DNA from: Thermoplasmatota archaeon | GTDB lineage: Archaea > Thermoplasmatota > JAKEGO01 | Reading direction: 5' to 3' | Length of the DNA stretch: 64,000 nt | Assembly (NCBI GenBank): GCA_028279595.1 | Contig: JANQNK010000006.1 | Span: 96,001 to 160,000, forward strand | Shown here: piece after piece, positions 28,800 through 37,875 of the stretch | Numbering within the stretch: the first letter of the stretch is position 1 | How the letters are laid out: every line of letters starts with the position of its first letter | The notes under the pieces: model-generated | Database searches by the model: none | Told to the model about the DNA's origin: nothing | Seen by the model: the letters and a program-made list of their open reading frames with translations, nothing else | Position numbers and translations under genes: made by a program

Positions 28800-29456
28800 A
28801 TGAACAGGTACAGGATGTTGATGGGTATCGTCGTCTTCGGTACCATATGGGGGCTCCTAGAATGCCTGATAGGTGGCGTTCCGAAGGGGACAGGCGCCAT
28901 GGCGCACTTCCCGACCGGAGCGTTCCTTGCAGGGTTCGTGGGCGTTGGATTGATGGCCGGTACGCGGAGGATATACGGCGTACCCGGCATGCAGGTGGGC
29001 ATGGCCCTTGTCGCGAGCGTATTACGGTACTTCGCGCCGATCGGGACCGTCGTCATCTGCTCCGCACTGGCGATAGCGGCCGAGGGCATCGTGTTCGAGA
29101 TCATCCTCCTGGCGCCCTCGCTGAACCTTGCAAAGATGAGGAAGCCCGTGCCATTGATGTCGCTCGGCGTGATCATCGGATATTCCGTGTATGTCACGGG
29201 ATACCTGTTCACGCAGATCACGACCCCGATCGCCTCGGGCGAGGCCTTCGTCATGGCCGACTTCATCAGCGTTCTACCCCTCGGTCTGGGCCGCGGTTTC
29301 TTCGCCGCGGTGGCAGCGGGGGTCGCACTGCCTATCGCGGTGCGCGTGAAGAACCTGCACTTCGACGTGGACCGGATCGCAAGGGAGCATTACTATCCGA
29401 CATCGACGATCGTCACGGCGTTCTGCTGGGCGGCGTTCGTCCTGATATTCCTGTAG
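28800..29456 (+). CDS. Integral membrane protein, ECF S-component-like (~6 TM)
   Basis: 218 aa, FGTIWG..E..IGG, multiple TM helices, AI..EG..FE helix. Confidence 0.55.
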   Translation: MNRYRMLMGIVVFGTIWGLLECLIGGVPKGTGAMAHFPTGAFLAGFVGVGLMAGTRRIYGVPGMQVGMALVASVLRYFAPIGTVVICSALAIAAEGIVFEIILLAPSLNLAKMRKPVPLMSLGVIIGYSVYVTGYLFTQITTPIASGEAFVMADFISVLPLGLGRGFFAAVAAGVALPIAVRVKNLHFDVDRIAREHYYPTSTIVTAFCWAAFVLIFL

Positions 29457-29470
29457 ACGGGTGAGGTAGG

Positions 29471-29911
29471 ATGTCAAAGGTCAAGATAGTCCGGTTCCAT
29501 CCCGAGAAGTGCGACGGATGCAGGGACTGCGAGAGCGCCTGTTCACAGGTCCAGTTCAAGACGACCGTCGGAGGGAACCAGTCGGCGATCCGGATCTCGG
29601 GTTCTCCGGGTGAATACAGGATGCACGTCTGCGACCAGCGCGGCCTCTGCCTGGACATGTGCCCGGTAGGCGCGCTCGAAAGGCGCCCGAACGGCGCCGT
29701 GACACTGGACGCATCCACGTGCATCGGGTGTCAGGCATGCGTTGGATTCTGCCCGATCGGGGCTGTACGCAAGTGGGAGGGCCGCATGGAGCCCTTCAAG
29801 TGCATCTCCTGCGGCGCCTGCGTGAGGGCCTGCCCGAACGAGGCATTGTACATGGAAGAGATAGATATCGATGCGGTACGCGAGCTAGTGTACCACAACC
29901 TGGGGGCCTGA
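29471..29911 (+). CDS. Polyferredoxin (4Fe-4S) electron-transfer subunit
   Basis: CDGCRDCESAC, CDQRGLC...CP, CIGCQACVGFCP, CISCGACVRACP. Confidence 0.9.
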   Translation: MSKVKIVRFHPEKCDGCRDCESACSQVQFKTTVGGNQSAIRISGSPGEYRMHVCDQRGLCLDMCPVGALERRPNGAVTLDASTCIGCQACVGFCPIGAVRKWEGRMEPFKCISCGACVRACPNEALYMEEIDIDAVRELVYHNLGA

Positions 29912-29913
29912 AG

Positions 29914-32241
29914 ATGGTCGATGGACAGATCCCGATCGAGGAGTACGAGACAGGCAACACTGTGCACGAGATCGACGTCGCTACCCTTCGGGGAGAACAC
30001 CGGGTGCTTGCCACCCATTCGTTCGAGAAGGGCGAGATAGTCAGAGGGTACAACCGCAGGACACTGCACGTTGACCTATCCAAGGGGACCATAGAGGAGA
30101 GGCCGGTGACCGACGACATGATCGCGAAGTTCACCGGCGGCCGCGGATTCGGCCTGAAGATCCTCTGGGACTCCATATCTCCAGGGACGAGGTGGGACAG
30201 CGAGGACAACGTTCTCGCGATCACCAACGGTCCGATGTGCGGGAACACCCAGTACCCGGGGTCCGGCAAGTCGATATGTCTCACCGTTTCACCATCTACC
30301 GATATAGTCTGCGATTCCAACGTTGGCGGTTTCTTCGGTCCTTTCCTCAAGTTCGCCGGGTTCGACGCCATGGCGATCCAGGGAAAGGCAAACGAGGACG
30401 TCGTCGTTGTGATCGACGGCATCGCCTCCGAGGTACGAATAGAGACTGCCCCCCTCGAGGAGACGAACACCCATGTCCTCTCGGAACAGCTCGCTCATAT
30501 CTACGCGGCGGAGGATACCGAGAAGTCGCGTCAGAGGGTCTCATCGATCACATCGGGCCTGGGTGCCGAGCACTCCTACTGGGGCTGCCTCAACTCGTCG
30601 TTCTACGATCCCCGGAGGAAGGTGGCACGTGTCAAGCAGGCGGGTCGAGGCGGACTCGGCACCGTCCTGAGGGACAAGAGGGTCAAAGGCGTCGTCGCGG
30701 TAGTTCCTAAGTTCACGGGAGTTGAGAACAATCCCGCAGACCCGGTCACGATGGCGAAGGTCGGGACCAAGCTGCACAAGGAGATACGGGACCTCGACAG
30801 GCATCAGTGCAACATGCGCGCCGTCGGCACGGGTCATCTGGTGGAGATCATGGACGCCTACGACCTACTGCCCTGCGAGAACTACAGGTTCGGCTCCTTC
30901 CCGAAGGCCTCGAAGCTGTACTCGCCGAAGTTCTACGACCTCTTCACGAAGGTCATCCCAGACGGCTGCTGGCACGGCTGCACGATGGCGTGCTCCAAGA
31001 CCGTCGACGGCTTCGAGCTCCGGACCGGCCCCTACGCCGGTCACCGCGTCACGGTGGACGGACCCGAGTACGAGACCGTCGGATGCGGCTCCAACATGGG
31101 CCTCTGGGAGCCGGAATGGGTCCTGGAGTTCAATTTCTACTGCGACACGTATGGTCTGGACACTATCTCGACCGGAACGGCGATCGCGTTCTACATGGAG
31201 ATGTACGAGTACGGGATACTCAACCGGGAGAGGTGCGACGACCTGGAGCTTTGCTTCGGCAACGCCCGCGCCGTCATGGAGTTCATGCACAGGATGGCCC
31301 GCGGAGACGATGGTGAGTTCATGAGCGTCGCTCCGAAGGGCATCCGCCGAGTCAAGGATTGGATCAAGGCCAAGGGCTGGGGCGACGAACGCCTCGTCGA
31401 GGACTGCGGCATGGAGAGCAAGGGTCTGGAGTATTCGGAATACGTGACGAAGGAGTCCCTCGCAATGCAGGGAGGCTACGGCCTGACCTTGAAGGGTCCA
31501 CAGCACGACGAAGCATGGCTGATATTCATGGACATGGTCAACAATGCTATACCCACGTTCCCGGACAAGGCCGAGGCTCTGCATTACTTCCCGATGTGGA
31601 GGACGTGGTTCGGATTGAACGGCTTCTGCAAACTGCCCTGGAACGACGTCGAGCCAGCGAACAATGCGGACACTGACGAGCCGTCCAAGGTCCCCGGACA
31701 CGTCCAGAACTACGTCGACCTGGTCAACGCCATGACTGGATCGGAGCTGGAGAAGGACGACCTGATCATCCAGAGCGAACGCTGCTACAACTGGCAGCGG
31801 GCGATGAACGTCTGGATGGGACGCGGCCGTCGAGCGGACGACTGGATCCCCTACAGGTCCATGGGCCCCGTCACCGAGATGGAATACGTCTCCAGGGAGG
31901 AGAGGTATGACACGGCCCTCGTCGAGAAGGCAGGTATGTCGAAGGACGAGGTTGCTGGCATGACCGTCCCGGAGAAGATGGAGGCGCTCTACCAGTTCCG
32001 GCAGGACCAGTACCAGAAGCTCGCAGACGCTGTTTACTTCCGCAGGGGATGGACACACAACGGCGTCCCAACGCCCCAGAAGATGATATCACTCGGGTTC
32101 GGTGACGAGGCGGACATGCTCAGGATGCTCCAGGACCGGATCGACGCTGACACAGCAGCGGGACTCAACGACTGGGGCGGTAATTACGACGAAAGCGAAG
32201 ACCCGCCGTCCGACGATCCCCTGTACTGGGAGAAATGGTGA
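29914..32241 (+). CDS. Tungsten-containing aldehyde:ferredoxin oxidoreductase (AOR/WOR family)
   Basis: LHVDLS, GGRG.G, DSNVGG.FG..LK.AGFD, AGRGGLG, CWHGC...C, GPEYET, D.YGLDTIS, FCK; start ATG 29914. Confidence 0.92.
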   Translation: MVDGQIPIEEYETGNTVHEIDVATLRGEHRVLATHSFEKGEIVRGYNRRTLHVDLSKGTIEERPVTDDMIAKFTGGRGFGLKILWDSISPGTRWDSEDNVLAITNGPMCGNTQYPGSGKSICLTVSPSTDIVCDSNVGGFFGPFLKFAGFDAMAIQGKANEDVVVVIDGIASEVRIETAPLEETNTHVLSEQLAHIYAAEDTEKSRQRVSSITSGLGAEHSYWGCLNSSFYDPRRKVARVKQAGRGGLGTVLRDKRVKGVVAVVPKFTGVENNPADPVTMAKVGTKLHKEIRDLDRHQCNMRAVGTGHLVEIMDAYDLLPCENYRFGSFPKASKLYSPKFYDLFTKVIPDGCWHGCTMACSKTVDGFELRTGPYAGHRVTVDGPEYETVGCGSNMGLWEPEWVLEFNFYCDTYGLDTISTGTAIAFYMEMYEYGILNRERCDDLELCFGNARAVMEFMHRMARGDDGEFMSVAPKGIRRVKDWIKAKGWGDERLVEDCGMESKGLEYSEYVTKESLAMQGGYGLTLKGPQHDEAWLIFMDMVNNAIPTFPDKAEALHYFPMWRTWFGLNGFCKLPWNDVEPANNADTDEPSKVPGHVQNYVDLVNAMTGSELEKDDLIIQSERCYNWQRAMNVWMGRGRRADDWIPYRSMGPVTEMEYVSREERYDTALVEKAGMSKDEVAGMTVPEKMEALYQFRQDQYQKLADAVYFRRGWTHNGVPTPQKMISLGFGDEADMLRMLQDRIDADTAAGLNDWGGNYDESEDPPSDDPLYWEKW

Positions 32242-32444
32242 ACAAGGACGCCATTGCTAAATGAGAGTCGGACCGTATCCAATGCCCGCGCTTGAATTGA
32301 ATAGGTAGTAGGTTTCAACCTGGGTAATCCTGCCCATGCTAAGGCTCGTCAACATTATGTCAAGGATGACAATATGTGGTACTGGCTCCCTTTCCCGACA
32401 TTAGCGGATAGTTTTAAACGGAAAGTTGGCAATTCGGTTCCATC

Positions 32445-33035
32445 ATGCAGAACAGCGAGATCACCGCCAGGCTGAAGGAGGCCTCTGTGGGCATTGCCGG
32501 AGCCGGCGGTCTTGGATCGAACGTTGCCATGACCCTGGCGAGGGCCGGGGTGGGCCGTCTCGTCATCGTCGACATGGACCTCGTGGAGAAGGGCAACCTG
32601 GACAGGCAGTGCTTCTTCCTCGACCAGGTGGGGATGCCCAAGGTCGAGGCACTCAAGGAGAACATCGAGCGGGCCGTGGAAGGCGTCGTGGTCGATGCAC
32701 GGGAGGTCATGCTCGACGAGGGAAGCATGGACGAGCCCTTCAGGGACGTCGATATCATAGTCGAGGCGCTCGATCTGGCCGAGACGAAGGTCCGTCTGAT
32801 CGAGGAGGTCCTCATCAAGCTTCCGAAGACACCGATCGTCGCCGCCTCGGGCGTTGGCGGCATCGGCGGGAGCGAGCGCGTGTCGCTCAGGGTCTCCGGG
32901 ACCCTGTATCTGATCGAGGACCCCCACGGCATCCCGTGCGAGGAGGGCATCCTCACGGGGCCGAAGGTCGGACTCATGGCCCACTGGCAGGCGAACACGG
33001 TCATGGAGATCCTTCTGGGAGGTTCCTGCGAATGA
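32445..33035 (+). CDS. thiF: ThiF/MoeB-family sulfur-carrier adenylyltransferase (short form)
   Basis: GAGGLGS, D.D.VE.GNL.RQ, GMPKV.AL, EALD; no C-terminal Zn CxxC. Confidence 0.85.
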   Translation: MQNSEITARLKEASVGIAGAGGLGSNVAMTLARAGVGRLVIVDMDLVEKGNLDRQCFFLDQVGMPKVEALKENIERAVEGVVVDAREVMLDEGSMDEPFRDVDIIVEALDLAETKVRLIEEVLIKLPKTPIVAASGVGGIGGSERVSLRVSGTLYLIEDPHGIPCEEGILTGPKVGLMAHWQANTVMEILLGGSCE

Positions 33036-33229
33036 TAACGGTCAACGGCAATGGAAGGGACCACGTCCCCGATGAGACCGTGTCCGGCCTCCTGAAGCGC
33101 CTCAACTACATCTTTCCCTTGGTAATAGTCAAGATCAACGGAACGGTGGTCCCGCGGGATTCGTTCCCGTCGGTCAACGTCCCCGACGGGGCCACGGTCG
33201 AGGTTATCCACCTGACCAGCGGAGGATGA
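33032..33229 (+). CDS. thiS: ThiS/MoaD-family sulfur carrier protein
   Basis: MITVNG...IVKING.VV...GA.VEVIHLTSGG (C-terminal GG); ATGA overlap with thiF. Confidence 0.88.
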   Translation: MITVNGNGRDHVPDETVSGLLKRLNYIFPLVIVKINGTVVPRDSFPSVNVPDGATVEVIHLTSGG

Positions 33230-33234
33230 TACAT

Positions 33235-33405
33235 ATGGACAAGCTCGAGAGTGCACTCGCGGAGAGGGCAGTGGACGGGAGGATACCATGCAAGGTGGCG
33301 CTCGCGACTGCGAACGAACACAACGTCTCTCCGAAGGTCGTCGGGGAGGCCCTCGACAGAATGGATATCAGGATCGTCAACTGCCAGCTCGGCTGCTTCG
33401 AGTGA
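33235..33405 (+). CDS. Small 56-aa Cys protein (C...CQLGCF), absent from the ORF track
   Basis: MDKLESALAERAVDGRIPCKVALATANEHNVSPKVVGEALDRMDIRIVNCQLGCFE; GGAGG upstream; fills the thiS-mobB gap exactly. Confidence 0.8.
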   Translation: MDKLESALAERAVDGRIPCKVALATANEHNVSPKVVGEALDRMDIRIVNCQLGCFE

Positions 33406-33410
33406 ATCGA

Positions 33411-33941
33411 ATGTTGATCGTTTCGCTGATGGGATTGAAGAAGTGCGGAAAGACCACGACCGCCGAGGCATTGATCCGTGAGTTAAAATCCCGAGGTATG
33501 AACGTCTGCGCTGTCAAGTTCATGCCCCACTCGCAGTTCACGATCGACGTGGAGGGCAAGGACACCTTCAGACAGTTCAGTGCGGGCGCCGATATGGTGA
33601 TATCTCTTTCCGAGGGCCAGGTGGCAACAGTGGAACGGGCAGAGGGACGTACGGGTCTGGATGATGCCCTCGACAAGGTCCCGGAAAGCATCGACATAGT
33701 GATCTGCGAGGGCCTCACAGCCGAGCATCCGCGTGCTTGTACCGTCGTTCTCTCAAAGAGCGTCGATGGACTCGACGAGACGTTCAGGGTGAGGGGTAGA
33801 CCATCGAAGATCATCGCTTTCGCTGGTGTAATGGCCAACGATCTGGACCCTGGTGCCGAGATAGACGGAATTCCTGTGTTCAACGTGAATTCGCACGATG
33901 ATACGGTGCGTTTGGCCGATGTCGTCCTCTCCTGCCGCTGA
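33411..33941 (+). CDS. mobB: Molybdopterin-guanine dinucleotide biosynthesis protein B
   Basis: G.KKCGKTT, D.EGKDT.R...AGA, DIVICEG. Confidence 0.82.
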   Translation: MLIVSLMGLKKCGKTTTAEALIRELKSRGMNVCAVKFMPHSQFTIDVEGKDTFRQFSAGADMVISLSEGQVATVERAEGRTGLDDALDKVPESIDIVICEGLTAEHPRACTVVLSKSVDGLDETFRVRGRPSKIIAFAGVMANDLDPGAEIDGIPVFNVNSHDDTVRLADVVLSCR

Positions 33942-34081
33942 AGGGCCGATTTTGGGCATTTTAAGCCTTTTGTGGGCATTCTACAGGATTGGATAACAGG
34001 ACTGGGGGGGGCAAAACGGTTAAAAAGGCCCGATGAATAACATGACACCTTCCACGTGAACGGAGGATATGGAGTCACTGA

Positions 34082-34915
34082 ATGAGCCCGAGGAGCATGA
34101 AGAGCAGGAGGAGCCGTTTCGAGGAGTACGAGGAAGACGACCTCCCCGACGAGCCGGACGACGGACCAGTCACGGACAGGCCGAGGGAGGAACCCCCGGC
34201 AGAGGAGGAGGAAGTGGAAGGGGAGGAGGAAGAGGCCGAAGAGGAGGAGGCGTTCCCCGACTTCGACAAGGAACTCGCCGACAAGGCTACGGCCCAACAG
34301 GGCGCGAGCCTCTCCCAGACATTCATGATCTTCCTGTTCATGATGACGATCATAATCATCATAGATCCGTCGATGCGTCGCTCTGCAGGACTCACCGTGG
34401 GCGCGGTCTTCGAACCGCTCATCGGGTTCGACGGAAAGTATCCTGTGTTCACGTTGATGTGCGCTTCCATGATCATGGTGAGCTTCTCATCCGTGCTGAG
34501 GCACTTCTTCACGGACTGGTACGAGACAGCCAGGTCCCAGAAGATAATGTCTACATACCAGAAGGAGCTCCGAGAGGCGCGGATGGCAGGCAACCAGAAC
34601 AAGGTGAAGAAGCTCATGGAGAAGCAGGGCGAGATCATGGCATATCAGTCCAAGATCATGCTCTCATCGATGAAGTCCATGGTCTTCACGACGATCGTCG
34701 CGATATCGATATTCACATGGCTGTTCACCTTCTTCGACAGCCTCGACTATCAGTACATCTCGCTCCCGTGGGCGGCGAGGTGGTCCATGATGGACAATCC
34801 GTACATTTTCCCAAACTGGGTACTCATATATTCCCTGATCTCGATACCCACCGGACAGCTCATCCTGCGTATATTGAAGATAATCGAGTTCCGGCCGAAG
34901 GGGTATAACGCATGA
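34082..34915 (+). CDS. EMC3/TMCO1/DUF106 (archaeal Oxa1-superfamily insertase) with acidic N-terminal extension
   Basis: TM-coiled coil-TM (TDW...KELREA..AGN..KV.KL), LPW, W...Y.L.S; upstream of cmk. Confidence 0.82.
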   Translation: MSPRSMKSRRSRFEEYEEDDLPDEPDDGPVTDRPREEPPAEEEEVEGEEEEAEEEEAFPDFDKELADKATAQQGASLSQTFMIFLFMMTIIIIIDPSMRRSAGLTVGAVFEPLIGFDGKYPVFTLMCASMIMVSFSSVLRHFFTDWYETARSQKIMSTYQKELREARMAGNQNKVKKLMEKQGEIMAYQSKIMLSSMKSMVFTTIVAISIFTWLFTFFDSLDYQYISLPWAARWSMMDNPYIFPNWVLIYSLISIPTGQLILRILKIIEFRPKGYNA

Positions 34916-35457
34916 TCACGGTCGGCGGACTCCCCGGGACCGGGACGACGACCGTCTGCAGGCTCCTCTCCGAGGCTCTCGGTCTCGAACACATATACGC
35001 AGGAGACATCTTCCGCAGGATGGCGGAAGAGAAGGGGATGGACCTCGTGGAATTCAACGTGTATTCCGAGACCCACCCCGAGGTCGACCGCGACCTCGAT
35101 GCCAGACAGATCGAACTGGCAGGCAAGGGCGGCCTGGTCCTCGAGGGAAGGATGTCCGGCTTCATGCTTCACAGGGAAGGTATACGTTCATTCAACGTCT
35201 GGCTGACCTGCTCGATCGACGAGAAGGTCAGGCGACTCGTGGAGAGGGAGCAGGGCGATCCCGAGGAGAGGGCCAGGGAGATCGAGGCGAGGGAGGCCTC
35301 GGAGCGGAAACGGTACACCGACCTCTACGGTTTCGACCCGGCTGACAGGCAGCAGCTCCTGACGACCTTCGACCTCGTCCTCGACACCACCGAGGTTCCA
35401 GCGGAGGACGTTGCCTCACTCATCGCAAATGCGTACAGGGGGTGGTCCTCTGGATGA
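34912..35457 (+). CDS. cmk: Cytidylate kinase (archaeal type)
   Basis: ITVGGLPGTGTTT, AG.IFR.MA.E.GM, VLEGR, RE.SE.KRY..LYG. Confidence 0.92.
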   Translation: MITVGGLPGTGTTTVCRLLSEALGLEHIYAGDIFRRMAEEKGMDLVEFNVYSETHPEVDRDLDARQIELAGKGGLVLEGRMSGFMLHREGIRSFNVWLTCSIDEKVRRLVEREQGDPEERAREIEAREASERKRYTDLYGFDPADRQQLLTTFDLVLDTTEVPAEDVASLIANAYRGWSSG

Positions 35458-36346
35458 CCCCTACACCAACGGAATAATATTGCTGGACAAGCCCATGGGG
35501 CCTTCCAGCCATCAGGCATCCGCTTGGGTCCGGGACATCTTCGGCATCGATAAGGCGGGACACGGAGGGACCCTCGACCCACGAGTGACTGGCGTGCTCG
35601 TGGTCATGCTCGGCAACGCCACCCGGGGTGCCGGTGCACTCAATTACGGGGAGAAGGAGTACATCGGCGTCATCCGGTTCCACCGGGACGTCGACATCGA
35701 TACGGTATCCGAGACCGTGGAGCTCTTCACCGGCCGGATCTATCAGACGCCTCCTGTCCGGTCAGCGGTCGCGCGGAGACTGAGGCAGAGGACCATCCAC
35801 GAGCTCGAGTTCATCGAGATGGATGGACGGGACGCCCTGATACGCGCCAGGTGCGAGTCGGGTACCTACATCAGAACACTTGCAAGGGACATGGGGCGTG
35901 CGATCGGCACCGGAGCGCATCTCCAGGAACTCCGCCGGACGCGGTCATGTACCTTTACCATCGATGAATGCGTGACACTCCAGGACGTCAAGGACGCCCA
36001 TCACTTCTGGAAGGAGGAGGGCGACAGCACAGAGATGGACAGGATAGTGCAGCCCTTCGAGAGGCTGTTCGACCATCTGCCCGCGATCGTTGTCAAGGAT
36101 TCAGCCGTTGACGCTCTATGTCACGGCGCACCGCTGATGGCCCCTGGCGTCAGGAGCGCTTCTGGAGAGATCCGCAAGGGATCGATGGTCAGTGTCAAGA
36201 CCACCAAGGGCGAGGTCGTGGGCCTTGCCAAGACCGTCCTCGACGTGAAGACGATGGTCGAGGAGGAGAAGGGATTCGCAGCTAAGATGACCCGGGTCTT
36301 CATGGACCCGGGCACCTATCACAGGGTATGGAAGGTGAAGGGATGA
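35429..36346 (+). CDS. truB: RNA-guided pseudouridine synthase Cbf5/TruB
   Basis: LDKP.GPSSHQ, GHGGTLDP.VTG, QTPPVRSAV, GTYIR, ELRRTR, PUA domain; true start may be CTG 35450. Confidence 0.95.
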   Translation: MRTGGGPLDDPYTNGIILLDKPMGPSSHQASAWVRDIFGIDKAGHGGTLDPRVTGVLVVMLGNATRGAGALNYGEKEYIGVIRFHRDVDIDTVSETVELFTGRIYQTPPVRSAVARRLRQRTIHELEFIEMDGRDALIRARCESGTYIRTLARDMGRAIGTGAHLQELRRTRSCTFTIDECVTLQDVKDAHHFWKEEGDSTEMDRIVQPFERLFDHLPAIVVKDSAVDALCHGAPLMAPGVRSASGEIRKGSMVSVKTTKGEVVGLAKTVLDVKTMVEEEKGFAAKMTRVFMDPGTYHRVWKVKG

Positions 36347-37041
36347 TCGGTATATCTCTCGGGACCGGATTGAGCGACGCAGTGTTGATGGGCTTCACGC
36401 CGACATCGGTCGACGTGGGCGGAAAGCAGGTGGACCTTTACGTCGGGAAGATGGAGGACGTGGATGCAGTGCTCCTGCCGAGACATGGAATGACCCACCA
36501 GAACCCTCCTCACATGATAGACCACGGAGCCAACATGAAGGCGCTGCAGCAACTTGGCGTGGCCTCGATCATCGGTCTGTCATCCGCTGGAAGTCTGAAA
36601 CGGCTCATCAGGGCTCCATCGCTGGTCATTCCCGACGATTACATCGAGATGATGCCCGCGACGACGTCGCACGAGGGACCTATACATGTCATACCCGGAC
36701 TCTCGGAGAGGATCCGGGACATCCTGATATCGACCTCGAACGAGCTGAACATCAGGCCGCTGTACGACCGCGGCATATACTACCAGACACAGGGTCCAAG
36801 GCTCGAGACACTCGCCGAGGTCAAATATCTCTCATCGTTCGCGGACGTCGTCGGCATGACGATGGGCAGCGAGGCAACGATATGTTGCGAACTCGGTCTT
36901 GAGTACGCCTCCCTCTGCACCGTGGACAACTATGCCCACGGCGTCGGTACGGAGGAGGAGCTCAGGACCATCGGGATCCGTGCCAAGGAGAACACCGCCA
37001 ACGCATGGAAGGTCGTCGAGAAGGTCGTCTCCCGTTTGTGA
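36343..37041 (+). CDS. MTAP-family purine nucleoside phosphorylase
   Basis: LPRHG..H..PPH.I...AN, GSL, QGPRLET.AE, VVGMT...E, VDNYA. Confidence 0.88.
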   Translation: MIGISLGTGLSDAVLMGFTPTSVDVGGKQVDLYVGKMEDVDAVLLPRHGMTHQNPPHMIDHGANMKALQQLGVASIIGLSSAGSLKRLIRAPSLVIPDDYIEMMPATTSHEGPIHVIPGLSERIRDILISTSNELNIRPLYDRGIYYQTQGPRLETLAEVKYLSSFADVVGMTMGSEATICCELGLEYASLCTVDNYAHGVGTEEELRTIGIRAKENTANAWKVVEKVVSRL

Positions 37042-37153
37042 CCTTGCCATCCAGGCAATAGACCAATTCCTCATGTCCAGATCGGCTGCCCATTCGATCG
37101 GAAAATTATCGAGCCGGACCGGCAGTATAGAGACCGGTCCGGCCATGTGTGGT

Positions 37154-37744
37154 TCAAGCCTTGAGGGCGTTCAGGATGTCGTCGCCGAAGGTCTCGATCC
37201 TCGTCTGTCCTAGGCCGTAGACCTCCGACAGCTCGTCGTGGTCGTTCGGACGCCTCCTGACGATCTCGAGCAGGGTGCGGTTGCTGAAGATCCTGTACGG
37301 CCTGACGCCCTCTTTCTCGGCGAGGTCGCTCCTTATCTTCAGGAGCTTGTTCAGGACCTCCTCGCTCTCGGAGGAAGGCTTGTAGCCGTCCACGCCGAGG
37401 ACCTCCTTGAGGAAGTGGGGGACCTGTCCTCCGGACATGTACCTCTCGCCCTCCTCCGTCACCTTGAGCACGGGGCGCGCCCCGTCCGTCCTCTCCACGA
37501 GCCCGAAATCGGTCAGCCTGTCTATCAGGCCGTAGATCTGGCTCCTTCTGAAGGAGCCGAGCATCCCGTAGGTCTCCAGCGTGTGCAGGTTCATGCTGAA
37601 CACGTATGGCGAGACCGATCCGCGGAGTATGTCGCACACCTTCCGCCTTCCCAGGCTCATGGGGCATTCGTAGATGCTGTAAAGCACCGTTCTAGCGATC
37701 GAACCCTCCAGGTCCGATATGATGTCATGTTCCCATATTTCCAT
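37154..37744 (-). CDS. Stand-alone RQC (winged helix) + HRDC domain protein
   Basis: G..K..DILRGS...YG.L......I..LID.L...G.V (RQC); L.K.R..LA.KEGV.PY.IFSN.TL.EI....P....EL..V.G.G....E.FG..IL (HRDC). Confidence 0.82.
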   Translation of the reverse strand: MEIWEHDIISDLEGSIARTVLYSIYECPMSLGRRKVCDILRGSVSPYVFSMNLHTLETYGMLGSFRRSQIYGLIDRLTDFGLVERTDGARPVLKVTEEGERYMSGGQVPHFLKEVLGVDGYKPSSESEEVLNKLLKIRSDLAEKEGVRPYRIFSNRTLLEIVRRRPNDHDELSEVYGLGQTRIETFGDDILNALKA

Positions 37745-37875
37745 TCCATCACCTCGGGGAACACTAGGGGTCATAGTCCATGTAGGGTGGTTGGAAGTTA
37801 CCGTAAGGGAGAATGGTAGTCTCTTCGAGAAATCCTTATAACATATCCACTCCTTTCGAATCCAGAGGGGATCAT

